Position numbers and translations under genes: made by a program
DNA from: an uncultured virus (IMG/VR IMGVR_UViG_3300028569_000012)
Lineage: Duplodnaviria; Heunggongvirae; Uroviricota; Caudoviricetes
Direction: 5' to 3' (one strand)
DNA length: 64,000 bases
IMG/VR virus record: IMGVR_UViG_3300028569_000012
Shown: one piece after another, positions 20,218-29,538 of the stretch
Position numbering within the stretch: the stretch's first letter is position 1
Layout of the letters: the number at the start of each line of letters is the position of its first letter
The notes under the pieces: model-generated
Database searches by the model: none
Told to the model about the DNA's origin: nothing
Seen by the model: the letters and a program-made list of their open reading frames with translations, nothing else

Positions 20218-20243
20218 AAAAACAATATTTATAAATAAAAAAA

Positions 20244-23200
20244 ATGGCATTCCAATATAAAAACCCTACTTCAGCATCTATAGTAAATGCACCCTTTTCA
20301 GTAACAAGAAACAATGACACCGGCACTAATTTTAGTGTTGAAAGTGTGGGGGGATACATGGAAGTATATACTTTACAAGATTTAATTTGGACAATACCAG
20401 AAGATGTTATTATTGATGGTGGTTCTGTTTTATTTTCTGGTAATTCCATTCCTATTAGCTTTCAATATAACGTTCCATTTTCTATTCCAAATACACTGAC
20501 ATTAAATAATGATGGTATTTCTTCAGGTAGAAGAAGATTGGGTATGTTAGTTTATGTTCAAGAAACCGATATTGTATATCAATATATAATTCCAAATTAC
20601 ACATCACTTTGGAATGCGGCTGAATCGGCAGGTTCTATATCAAATGTTGGAAGTGGTTATGAGGTGTTCAATGATACAGCCCAAGGTCAGACTTTTATGG
20701 ATTCTTGGACAGGATCAACAATTGAAGGTATAAGTGGAACCACAAGATTAAACGCCAGATGGAGAATATTTTACAGTAGCGATGTCCAAATCACAGGGGG
20801 TACTTATTTTTCAGCTACGACAACTTTAGAATTATACAACTCAACCGGGGGTACCGTTTCAGTTTCAGGATTTACAGGTGTTTTGACTGCTGGTACTTTC
20901 AGTGATCAAACCTTAACACTTGAGAATAGTGATGGTACATCCGTTGTTGTTACAGGTTTTACGGGTACAACAGGAACTTCAGGAACAAGTGGTTCTTCGG
21001 GTATTAACGGCACTTCGGGATCTTCAGGTACGTCAGGATCTAGTGGTTCTTCAGGTGAAAATGGTACAAGTGGATCTTCAGGTACGAGTGGTTCTTCAGG
21101 TGTAAATGGTACAAGTGGATCTTCAGGTACAAATGGAACATCAGGATCAAGTGGTTCATCTGGTTCTTCAGGTGAAAATGGTACAAGTGGTACTTCAGGA
21201 TCAAGTGGTTCTTCAGGTGTAAATGGTACAAGTGGATCTTCAGGTACAAATGGAACATCAGGATCAAGTGGTTCATCTGGTTCTTCAGGTGAAAATGGTA
21301 CAAGTGGATCTTCAGGTACGAGTGGTTCTTCAGGTGTAAATGGTACAAGTGGTACTTCAGGATCAAGTGGTTCTTCAGGTGAAAATGGTACAAGTGGATC
21401 TTCAGGTACAAATGGAACATCAGGATCAAGTGGTTCATCTGGTTCTTCAGGTGAAAATGGTACAAGTGGAACGTCGGGTTCTTCTGGATCATCAGGTTCT
21501 TCAGGTGAAAATGGTACAAGTGGTACTTCAGGATCAAGTGGATCTTCAGGTACAAATGGAACATCAGGATCAAGTGGTTCATCTGGTTCTTCAGGTACGA
21601 GTGGTTCTTCAGGTGAAAATGGTACAAGTGGCACATCAGGTTCAAGCGGCTCTTCAGGAACATCAGGTTCAAGTGGATCATCAGGATCGAGCGGTTCTTC
21701 AGGAACATCAGGTTCAAGTGGATCTTCAGGTACGAGTGGTTCTTCAGGTGTAAATGGTACAAGTGGTACTTCAGGATCAAGTGGTTCTTCAGGTGAAAAT
21801 GGTACAAGTGGATCTTCAGGTACAAATGGAACATCAGGATCAAGTGGTTCATCTGGTTCTTCAGGTGAAAATGGTACAAGTGGAACGTCGGGTTCTTCTG
21901 GATCATCAGGTTCTTCAGGTGAAAATGGTACAAGTGGTACTTCAGGATCAAGTGGATCTTCAGGTACAAATGGAACATCAGGATCAAGTGGTTCATCTGG
22001 TTCTTCAGGTACGAGTGGTTCTTCAGGTGAAAATGGTACAAGTGGCACATCAGGTTCAAGCGGCTCTTCAGGAACATCAGGTTCAAGTGGATCATCAGGA
22101 TCGAGCGGTTCTTCAGGAACATCAGGTTCAAGTGGATCTTCAGGTACGAGTGGTTCTTCAGGTGTAAATGGTACAAGTGGCACATCAGGTTCAAGCGGGT
22201 CTTCAGGAACATCAGGTTCAAGTGGTTCTTCAGGAACATCAGGTTCTAGTGGATCTTCAGGCACAAGTGGTTCCTCAGGTGTGAATGGTACAAGTGGTAC
22301 CTCAGGCTCGAGCGGGTCTTCAGGATCGAGCGGTTCTTCAGGAACATCAGGTTCAAGTGGTTCTTCAGGTACGAGTGGTTCTTCAGGTGTAAATGGTACA
22401 AGTGGTACCTCAGGTTCAAGCGGGTCTTCAGGAACATCAGGTTCAAGTGGATCATCAGGATCGAGCGGTTCTTCAGGAACATCAGGTTCAAGTGGATCTT
22501 CAGGTACAAGTGGTTCTTCAGGTGTAAATGGTACAAGTGGTACCTCAGGCTCGAGCGGGTCTTCGGGTTCTTCAGGTACAAGTGGTTCCTCAGGATCATC
22601 AGGTTCAAGTGGATCTTCAGGAACTAGTGGAAGTTCAGGTTCATCAGGAACTAGTGGAAGTTCAGGTTCTTCAGGAACATCAGGTTCAAGTGGTTCATCA
22701 GGATCAAGCGGAACTTCAGGATCATCTGGAACGTCTGGATCAAGTGGATCATCAGGAACATCTGGTTCGAGCGGTTCTTCGGGTACATCTGGTTCAAGTG
22801 GTTCTTCGGGTACATCGGGTTCAAGTGGTTCTTCAGGAACTAGTGGAAGTTCAGGTTCATCAGGAACTAGTGGAAGTTCAGGTTCATCAGGTTCAAGTGG
22901 TTCATCAGGATCAAGCGGTACTTCAGGATCATCTGGAACGTCCGGATCAAGTGGATCATCAGGTACATCTGGTTCAAGTGGTTCTTCGGGTACATCGGGT
23001 TCTAGTGGTTCTTCGGGAACGTCAGGTTCTAGTGGTTCATCAGGAACGTCAGGCTCAAGTGGTTCATCAGGTTCAAGTGGCTCTTCAGGATCATCTGGAA
23101 CTTCGGGTTCAAGTGGTTCTTCAGGTACATCAGGATCTAGTGGTTCTTCGGGATCAAGTGGTTCATCTGGATCTAATGTAGAATATATTGGTATTAATTC

Positions 23201-23546
23201 CATACCGAGAACTTCTTCGGTTAGCACATATGGATCTTCATTTGCTACAGATGCATTTGTTGTAATACCAGTTGGATTGGATGATAAATCAGTAACGAAT
23301 TTGGATGTATCTTATGGAGCAGCTACTCCACAAGATGATGCAGATTATAGGGTACAAAAAGTATCCGCTGGAGGTACTACTACTACTGTGGTAGACTACA
23401 CCCATCCAGGTGGTTCTCAATATCATAATGTACCAGAACTCGAAGTTGCTCTTGCGGCGGGTGATATTTTGTTTTGGCAGATAGTTAACCCACCGACAAT
23501 CGATGCTCAGGGTTATACAATAACACTAACGTTAGAGACATTTTAA
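20244..23546 (+). CDS. fiber-like protein with a long Gly-X-Y (Ser/Thr) tract
   Basis: 1100 aa; N-domain with RRRLGMLVYVQE, about 741 aa of GSS/GTS/GEN/GVN/GTN triplets, globular C-domain; TATTTATA at 20226-20233. Confidence 0.8.
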   Translation: MAFQYKNPTSASIVNAPFSVTRNNDTGTNFSVESVGGYMEVYTLQDLIWTIPEDVIIDGGSVLFSGNSIPISFQYNVPFSIPNTLTLNNDGISSGRRRLGMLVYVQETDIVYQYIIPNYTSLWNAAESAGSISNVGSGYEVFNDTAQGQTFMDSWTGSTIEGISGTTRLNARWRIFYSSDVQITGGTYFSATTTLELYNSTGGTVSVSGFTGVLTAGTFSDQTLTLENSDGTSVVVTGFTGTTGTSGTSGSSGINGTSGSSGTSGSSGSSGENGTSGSSGTSGSSGVNGTSGSSGTNGTSGSSGSSGSSGENGTSGTSGSSGSSGVNGTSGSSGTNGTSGSSGSSGSSGENGTSGSSGTSGSSGVNGTSGTSGSSGSSGENGTSGSSGTNGTSGSSGSSGSSGENGTSGTSGSSGSSGSSGENGTSGTSGSSGSSGTNGTSGSSGSSGSSGTSGSSGENGTSGTSGSSGSSGTSGSSGSSGSSGSSGTSGSSGSSGTSGSSGVNGTSGTSGSSGSSGENGTSGSSGTNGTSGSSGSSGSSGENGTSGTSGSSGSSGSSGENGTSGTSGSSGSSGTNGTSGSSGSSGSSGTSGSSGENGTSGTSGSSGSSGTSGSSGSSGSSGSSGTSGSSGSSGTSGSSGVNGTSGTSGSSGSSGTSGSSGSSGTSGSSGSSGTSGSSGVNGTSGTSGSSGSSGSSGSSGTSGSSGSSGTSGSSGVNGTSGTSGSSGSSGTSGSSGSSGSSGSSGTSGSSGSSGTSGSSGVNGTSGTSGSSGSSGSSGTSGSSGSSGSSGSSGTSGSSGSSGTSGSSGSSGTSGSSGSSGSSGTSGSSGTSGSSGSSGTSGSSGSSGTSGSSGSSGTSGSSGSSGTSGSSGSSGTSGSSGSSGSSGSSGSSGTSGSSGTSGSSGSSGTSGSSGSSGTSGSSGSSGTSGSSGSSGTSGSSGSSGSSGSSGSSGTSGSSGSSGTSGSSGSSGSSGSSGSNVEYIGINSIPRTSSVSTYGSSFATDAFVVIPVGLDDKSVTNLDVSYGAATPQDDADYRVQKVSAGGTTTTVVDYTHPGGSQYHNVPELEVALAAGDILFWQIVNPPTIDAQGYTITLTLETF
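20955..23177 (+). repeat. Gly-X-Y coding repeat (247 triplets) containing a 414-bp tandem duplication
   Basis: Gly at every third residue; alternative-frame ORFs 21340-21753 and 21754-22167 are identical. Confidence 0.9.
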
Positions 23547-24010
23547 TGATTACAGTATTTGCAATAAATAGGACAACACCTGTTCCCTCTGTTACTCCGA
23601 CACCGACACCGACAAGAACACCATTGGTAACACCTACTAGAACTCCGACACCTACACCAAGTTGTACAGCTCCTGGTAGTTTCTTAGAAGGTACTGAATG
23701 TTATGGTACTGAGTGGAATGTAATATTGAGAGCATCTAGTCTAGCGGCATGTCGAGCGGCTCAAGGTTTAGATGGTCCAACGTTTAATGCTCCAAACCAA
23801 TGGAAATCTTGTTGTGATTACCAAAGTAGATTTGTTAATGGAAATCCTTCAGGTTGTTTGGTTTACGATGAAAATAATAATTTAGCAGGTGATGGTTGGA
23901 TTTCTGATGGTTGTTTAAGTTGGCAAGTTCTTGGTGGAGTTGTTCAGAGCACTGCCGGACAGGTATGTTCAGGTTCAGATTTTGAATGTTGTGGAACCTC
24001 TCCTACCTAA
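23546..24010 (+). CDS. small Cys-rich protein with PT linker
   Basis: 154 aa; PT tract followed by a domain with 10 Cys. Confidence 0.7.
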   Translation: MITVFAINRTTPVPSVTPTPTPTRTPLVTPTRTPTPTPSCTAPGSFLEGTECYGTEWNVILRASSLAACRAAQGLDGPTFNAPNQWKSCCDYQSRFVNGNPSGCLVYDENNNLAGDGWISDGCLSWQVLGGVVQSTAGQVCSGSDFECCGTSPT

Positions 24011-24587
24011 AGTAATTTGATAATAGATTTACTAAATTATTCGGATAGGAAATTATAATACTATACAAGGTATTATAATTTTCCTCTGAAAGGTTTTTGC
24101 TGTAGAATATATTTGATTTATCTGAATAAAATTCATTACCCAAATTATATGAATTAATTTTGTGATGATCTAAGTTGCCTTCGAATTCATTTATGTTCTC
24201 CTCTAAACTAATTTCATAATAATTTATTAATTCTTTAATCTTATCAAAATTGTTTACAATTTCTTCGTAAAAAAAAATATTGGCATTTGGAAAATTTTCT
24301 AAAAAAGATTGATACCTACCACACACGGTGTGCATATTGTCTATAAGTTGTTTTTCAGTATTGTTTAGAACATTTTCTCTAAAAATTAATTCAAAAGGGT
24401 TTCTAATTAAAATTACAACTTTTTCAGTATTTGGCAAATCGACAACAAGATGACTTCTCATCAAAATATATTCTTGATCGTGTGGTATAAGTCTTAATGG
24501 TCCTTGTGTTGGTCTTTTTGATAAAAACTCGATACAATATCGAATGTAGTTACTACCAGAGCCTTGATAGGAAAATAACCAATTCAC
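24003..24587 (-). CDS. sulfotransferase-like protein
   Basis: SYQGSGSNYIR (5'-PSB loop-like), SH, ILIRNPFE (3'-PB-like), FFYEEI. Confidence 0.65.
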   Translation of the reverse strand: MNWLFSYQGSGSNYIRYCIEFLSKRPTQGPLRLIPHDQEYILMRSHLVVDLPNTEKVVILIRNPFELIFRENVLNNTEKQLIDNMHTVCGRYQSFLENFPNANIFFYEEIVNNFDKIKELINYYEISLEENINEFEGNLDHHKINSYNLGNEFYSDKSNIFYSKNLSEENYNTLYSIIISYPNNLVNLLSNYFR

Positions 24588-24796
24588 AGATTTCTCAATA
24601 CTTTCGAGACAATCTCAGATTCCACTAATGAAAATGATCCTCGTTGAAACGCCGAGGTTAAAGCCAATGTTGTAAAATAACTGATTTGTTCGTTAGTCAT
24701 ATTGTCGATTAGGTTGTTTAAATCCTCTGATGATGTATAAGATATCGTATTGAAGATTTCTCCCATTATTTCTTTGTTTTTTTCTTGGTTTTCCAT
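24584..24796 (-). CDS. hypothetical protein
   Basis: 70 aa ORF coupled to the sulfotransferase. Confidence 0.65.
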   Translation of the reverse strand: MENQEKNKEIMGEIFNTISYTSSEDLNNLIDNMTNEQISYFTTLALTSAFQRGSFSLVESEIVSKVLRNL

Positions 24797-24841
24797 AACA
24801 ATAATATATGTTGTTGTATTTATAGCAAGTATCGTAAAAAA

Positions 24842-25408
24842 ATGGAAAAAAACAACTTACAACAAAAATTATCGGAAGACTTGGCGGTTTGGTTTGGTAC
24901 CAAAAAAAAACCAAAAGGAAGCAAACAACCGAGTGGTCCGTGGGTAAATATTTGTCGTAAGGTCGATGGTAAACATCCACCCTGTGGTAGGGATAACCCT
25001 GACAAGGGTGCGTATCCTAAATGTCGTGCAAAAGGTGTGGCATCAAAGATGAGTGATTCAGAAAAGAAATCCGCATGTGCTCAAAAGAGGAGAGAAGAGA
25101 AAAAAGATACCCAAACAGGTAAGGGTCAAAAACCTGTAATGACATCATATAAACCAAAGAAAAAAACCAACGAAGGAATGCGACAATTTATAAAGTCCAT
25201 TCTCAGAGAAACTGTAGAAAAAAATGATATGATCGATCTTGGTCGTATGGTAGAGATGGAACACACTTCAGACCCGAAGAAGGCTGAAAAAATTGCTTCA
25301 GATCACCTTATGGGAAATCCAAGATATTATTGTGTGTTGTTTAGAATCGGACTAATCGATGAGAAGGATGCTGAGGAGATGGCGTCTAAGATTTGCCCGT
25401 CAATCTAA
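24842..25408 (+). CDS. basic Cys-containing phage protein with C-terminal DUF5661-like domain
   Basis: WVNIC..HPPCGR..YPKC; GRMVEMEHTSD...IASDHL..NPRYY; TATTTATA at 24817-24824. Confidence 0.7.
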   Translation: MEKNNLQQKLSEDLAVWFGTKKKPKGSKQPSGPWVNICRKVDGKHPPCGRDNPDKGAYPKCRAKGVASKMSDSEKKSACAQKRREEKKDTQTGKGQKPVMTSYKPKKKTNEGMRQFIKSILRETVEKNDMIDLGRMVEMEHTSDPKKAEKIASDHLMGNPRYYCVLFRIGLIDEKDAEEMASKICPSI

Positions 25409-25807
25409 ACTATCAGATATATCTCGTAATGAGTGTTTGATGTTGGAAGTAATTTCTTCCTCCATTTTTTTTCTTTGATTTTCGACCGTTGAGTTGAACA
25501 TGTCAGTCACTTCCTTCATAGTTCGGTCTGACATGGGTACGATATAGGAATATTTGTGATTGATCACGTTGACAATACCCCCATCGATAGTTATAAAAAT
25601 CGATAGCGGGTCGTTTTTGATATACCTTTTATTTGTAAGTGGTGTAAGTAGTAATACTGAATCGGGTCTACGGATCATCTTTTTGCAGATGATCATACAT
25701 TCCAATTCGTATGAACTACGTTTTTCCCTACTATAGTCCATAGACTTAATGGCTTTGAGAACCAAGGATTGGATGAGTCGTTTAATTTTGTGCAGTGTCC
25801 TATTCAT
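25400..25807 (-). CDS. hypothetical protein
   Basis: 135 aa ORF. Confidence 0.7.
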   Translation of the reverse strand: MNRTLHKIKRLIQSLVLKAIKSMDYSREKRSSYELECMIICKKMIRRPDSVLLLTPLTNKRYIKNDPLSIFITIDGGIVNVINHKYSYIVPMSDRTMKEVTDMFNSTVENQRKKMEEEITSNIKHSLRDISDSLD

Positions 25808-25811
25808 AGCA

Positions 25812-25842
25812 CAAATATAGAATTATTATTTTGTTTTACAAA
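25812..25842 (-). promoter_or_regulatory. Bacteroidota-type housekeeping promoter (TTTG-N19-TATATTTG)
   Basis: Minus-strand TTTG at 25842-25839, 19-nt spacer, TATATTTG at 25819-25812. Confidence 0.55.
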
Positions 25843-25843
25843 A

Positions 25844-26311
25844 TTAACGATAAGCCCCCGATTTTTTTCTTGTACCATCGAGTCCTTTGATTTTACCTTT
25901 ACACACTTGAACAGCGTGTCCATTGCTATAAGCACTTGGAAATACGTCGTATCTAGCTTTGGCGGCAGCTTTACCCCTTGCACATAAGGGTGTACCAGTT
26001 TTCTTTCTACCCTCTACCATCTCATCTTCTAAGTAAGTTTCATCGTTGGGGTCTATATCGTTGATCATAAAATCATATACATGGTCAAGGGTTTCTTTGG
26101 CCTTGGAAATATGGTCGTCAGCCCAATCGTGTCCATTTTGAAGTCTTTCTTCGATTTCATCCACAGATATAGATTGAAGTTCTTCAATTTGTCTTTTCAT
26201 TTGTTCTAAATTACTAAAGAACATATAGTTTTCTGTTCTTTGTTGTTCGTGAAGTTTGTTTTTGATTAACTTCAGCAACTCGGATTCTTTAAGTTTGATT
26301 GTCTTTTTCAT
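25844..26311 (-). CDS. hypothetical protein, possibly head-internal
   Basis: N-terminal MKKTIKLKESELLKLIKNKLHEQ; C-terminal LCARGKAAAK..YDVFPSAYSN. Confidence 0.75.
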   Translation of the reverse strand: MKKTIKLKESELLKLIKNKLHEQQRTENYMFFSNLEQMKRQIEELQSISVDEIEERLQNGHDWADDHISKAKETLDHVYDFMINDIDPNDETYLEDEMVEGRKKTGTPLCARGKAAAKARYDVFPSAYSNGHAVQVCKGKIKGLDGTRKKSGAYR

Positions 26312-27786
26312 TTTTTGTTAACAATTTGGAACATTAGTTGTTTCTTATAAGTATCCTTTTCACCACTGGTGTTTACTTGGATATCGATATAGTATTGATT
26401 CGGAATTTTATCTCGGGTATCGAAGATAAAATAATACTCGTTGGGTGTTCTATTGATCGGTGTCCAATCTTGTACTTGGACTTCCGTTGTACCCTCCTTT
26501 ACAAACACACGATAGAGAGCATCCACATTTTGTAGGACATATTGTGATGTGTAGGCTTTTTTAATTGTCACCATCACTTTTCTAATATCGGTGTTCAATA
26601 TTTTTTCATTTTGTTTGATTCCACTAAAATCAAAACCATAAAGAATAGGATCTTTTGATTGTGATCCGATGGTGAAGTATGCTGACGAACTTTGAAGGAT
26701 AAAATTGTTTTCTACATTAGGTAATGAATTGCCGTCTTTTTCCATGTCGTACCATAGGTCGGTGAACTGACATGGTGTAGAATATCCTGTTATAGGAGGT
26801 ATCGACACCTCATACACCCCCTTTGTCCTTAGACAACTAGTAAGTCCCGTAAAACCAGGGATTGGGTCTCCGTTGGGGTCTAAAATATCTACGTAAGGTG
26901 GATAATCTAAATTGATGTAGTCTCCGTTGGCAAAAGCATATAGATATAACTTATTTGTTCTGTTTACCACAAATGTATTTCTGTCATCCTCGATAAGGTC
27001 ATCGTAGGTTGTCTGCAAAAATGGTTGATAAAATGTTTGTGTGTGACGGGTGAAAAATCCGACAGAATATGTCTCGGTAAGTCCCGTGATATTTTCGATT
27101 TCAGGGACATAGGCGATACCCCAACCAGTCACACCGGTAAGAGTCCCAAATAAGATGTCGTTAATCTCGCTTGTCATATCGAAATGGATATCTTCGTTTC
27201 CGAACTCAAAATGTTGTCTATCGACAATTGTCAACCCTGAGTAGTTTAGACCACCGACATTACTGAGGTTTGTGTTACTGTATACACCTGGCTCTGACCA
27301 ATCGGTAATTGTTGTTCTCTGATACCAATTCGATGGTCGGGCACTGTATGGTTTGTTATTGGAAAATTGAGCGATTGCAGAGTCCTCTACATAATCGTAA
27401 CCAACACCTTCGTCCCATGTCTGTGGGGCTCCTGTATCACCTGAGAAAAGGGGTATTCTAAATAGGATTAGATCAAACGATGTTGCCCTTCTCGATCCAT
27501 CACTCATAGTTTCATTTAGTAATTCTTCATCGAAAGAACCTGTGTTTGTCATTACTAGGGTGTGGGTCATAGCGGTGGTACAACCTGTAGAAATTTCACC
27601 TGACTCTATATTTTCTATCAAAAGATCTAAATCCAAGTCGAAAATAAAACGAGTAAAACCGTAGGGGGTGTTGAGGTTTAGTCCATCACCAAAAAATAGT
27701 TGTGTAACAGGGTTTCTTCCCGTGTTTACAAAACTCTCGAGTTGTATGGTGTTATTCCTATTATAATATGACCTTAAAATTGACAT
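26308..27786 (-). CDS. putative virion structural protein
   Basis: 492 aa, beta-rich, WDEGVGYDY; next to the baseplate spike gene; TATTTATT upstream. Confidence 0.65.
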   Translation of the reverse strand: MSILRSYYNRNNTIQLESFVNTGRNPVTQLFFGDGLNLNTPYGFTRFIFDLDLDLLIENIESGEISTGCTTAMTHTLVMTNTGSFDEELLNETMSDGSRRATSFDLILFRIPLFSGDTGAPQTWDEGVGYDYVEDSAIAQFSNNKPYSARPSNWYQRTTITDWSEPGVYSNTNLSNVGGLNYSGLTIVDRQHFEFGNEDIHFDMTSEINDILFGTLTGVTGWGIAYVPEIENITGLTETYSVGFFTRHTQTFYQPFLQTTYDDLIEDDRNTFVVNRTNKLYLYAFANGDYINLDYPPYVDILDPNGDPIPGFTGLTSCLRTKGVYEVSIPPITGYSTPCQFTDLWYDMEKDGNSLPNVENNFILQSSSAYFTIGSQSKDPILYGFDFSGIKQNEKILNTDIRKVMVTIKKAYTSQYVLQNVDALYRVFVKEGTTEVQVQDWTPINRTPNEYYFIFDTRDKIPNQYYIDIQVNTSGEKDTYKKQLMFQIVNKK

Positions 27787-27815
27787 TATAGATTTTTATA
27801 ATAAATATCAAAATA

Positions 27816-29327
27816 TCAGTTAATACGAATATTGGGGTTCAGGATTTTATTTACCGCGTTTTGTAGTTCGAAAAGTATCTGATTGGACTCCGTGCCGTCC
27901 GTTGCTACAGGTACTGGTGGGACCCCTGGTAGGGGATGAACGTGTGATACCAAGAATCGAACAATTAGGTTCAACAACTCGATTAGTTCTTCACCCCTTA
28001 CCGATGACGATGTAAATGGTAGAATGTTTTCTTGAATTTGTTGTTGAGTGAAACCATATATACTATTTTCAAAGTTTACTTGTTTGTTTGACTTGTGTGA
28101 TAATAGATAAACCGTATCGGCACCCATCCCAAGAAATGTTGATGACTGTGGTGTTATTTCCTTTGTTACTATATTCTCTAATTCTACCTTGATTGGTCTT
28201 CCTATTTCATTTTTGGTTCTTACCAAACCGAATTTGTAGCTTGTAGGTCCAAGACCTGGACTAAGGGTAATTAAGTTAACGAAACGTAGAGCGTTGGAAT
28301 ACGCGATGGTGGATGATTCGGTGGATTGAATTGTCCCACCTGAATTATCCAAGATATTTCTTATTAGTACATTGGGACGATATGCAAATGGAAACTGATC
28401 TGTAAGAGTTGGTCCATTTTGAATTTTTCCTTGATTGACACCTTGGATAAATTCGTTTATTTTCTTTGTTGTATCCTCGAAACTCAGTGCTTGAAAGGTT
28501 TCGTGATATTCTAAAAACTTTGCGGGCTCAAGATTCGAATCGTATTTTATGTTATCTGTCAAAGTCACGTTCAGTGGTTTCAGAGAAAATAATCTAATTT
28601 GACCTGTGAAGCTATTTTGACCATTATCGATATTTTGAATGTCCCACTCTATCAACTTTTTGGTCGGTACATTTACCGATGATGTCTTTAGTAACGTTTT
28701 TTTCTGTCCGTTTTCTATTTTCGAATCGAATCCTGTAATTTGTAAAAAAGCTCTTCGTGAATTTCCGATCGGAAATTTCTTAACATCTAAGTTATTAGTT
28801 TTTGAGGCTCTAAGTAGTACTGTATTTTGTTTAACAATTACATCAGCCGCACCACGACCCATAAGAGCGTTGTCACCAGGTTCAGGAAAGACACCGAATG
28901 ACTTTAGGTTTTTGTAACTACCGTCAAGGTTTTTTATCGATAAAGAACTTATTACCCTGTCCCCTAATGATGTGTATTTATTTGCCGCTTGAACATGTTC
29001 AAACGGAAGACTCATCGGTGAAGAAAATGCTCCTTGTATGTAGTATACATCTTGATATGGAAATACACTATTTTGATAGATCAAGTTCACCCTTTCTTTT
29101 ATCTCAGGAACTTGAGCAATATACATCGGAAGTAGTGGTAGTTGTACAAACGGATCTTTCGGACCCCACTTATCCTTTAATGGATCGTAACTAAATCCTT
29201 CCAAAGCGGCTCTGACGTTTCTATCTAATGGGTACGCACGAATACGACCGAGCATCATAGGATCTTGATTTTCTATAACCTCAGCGGGATATATAATTTT
29301 TTTTATAAGTGAATTATCAGAGTCCAT
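27816..29327 (-). CDS. baseplate hub / central spike protein (gp5/gpV-like)
   Basis: N-terminal VIENQDPMMLGRIRA OB-fold motif; C-terminal HVHP metal-binding tip motif. Confidence 0.7.
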   Translation of the reverse strand: MDSDNSLIKKIIYPAEVIENQDPMMLGRIRAYPLDRNVRAALEGFSYDPLKDKWGPKDPFVQLPLLPMYIAQVPEIKERVNLIYQNSVFPYQDVYYIQGAFSSPMSLPFEHVQAANKYTSLGDRVISSLSIKNLDGSYKNLKSFGVFPEPGDNALMGRGAADVIVKQNTVLLRASKTNNLDVKKFPIGNSRRAFLQITGFDSKIENGQKKTLLKTSSVNVPTKKLIEWDIQNIDNGQNSFTGQIRLFSLKPLNVTLTDNIKYDSNLEPAKFLEYHETFQALSFEDTTKKINEFIQGVNQGKIQNGPTLTDQFPFAYRPNVLIRNILDNSGGTIQSTESSTIAYSNALRFVNLITLSPGLGPTSYKFGLVRTKNEIGRPIKVELENIVTKEITPQSSTFLGMGADTVYLLSHKSNKQVNFENSIYGFTQQQIQENILPFTSSSVRGEELIELLNLIVRFLVSHVHPLPGVPPVPVATDGTESNQILFELQNAVNKILNPNIRIN

Positions 29328-29538
29328 TATTTCTTTGTTGATATTCTCTAAGTACGTTGTTGTACATCAATTCCACATTATCAAGATGTGTTGATAATTC
29401 TATAATCATATTTTTGGTTTCGTTAAAATCGTAATTTAAGAAATCCATTGCTTGAGTAAGTTCTTTGTTACTGCAATTTTCTATATCAGAAATTATTTCC
29501 TGAAATTTTTCTATTGGGATGTTGTTGTTTTCTATCAT
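29317..29538 (-). CDS. hypothetical coiled-coil protein
   Basis: 73 aa, coupled to neighbours. Confidence 0.65.
   Translation of the reverse strand: MIENNNIPIEKFQEIISDIENCSNKELTQAMDFLNYDFNETKNMIIELSTHLDNVELMYNNVLREYQQRNNGL

Noticed and set aside
17510..23177. Possible CRISPR array or DGR repeats
   Set aside because: Repeats are in-frame coding units without unique spacers or adenine-specific variation; no cas or reverse transcriptase gene in the window
20906..23227. 773-aa minus-strand ORF (PEEPL repeats) and other alternative-frame ORFs over the GSS tract
   Set aside because: Shadows of a low-complexity repeat that lacks stops in other frames; no independent domains or expression signals
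24269..24277. Homopolymer runs as phase-variation switches
   Set aside because: A/T runs of 8-9 nt are expected in such AT-rich DNA and the frames are intact
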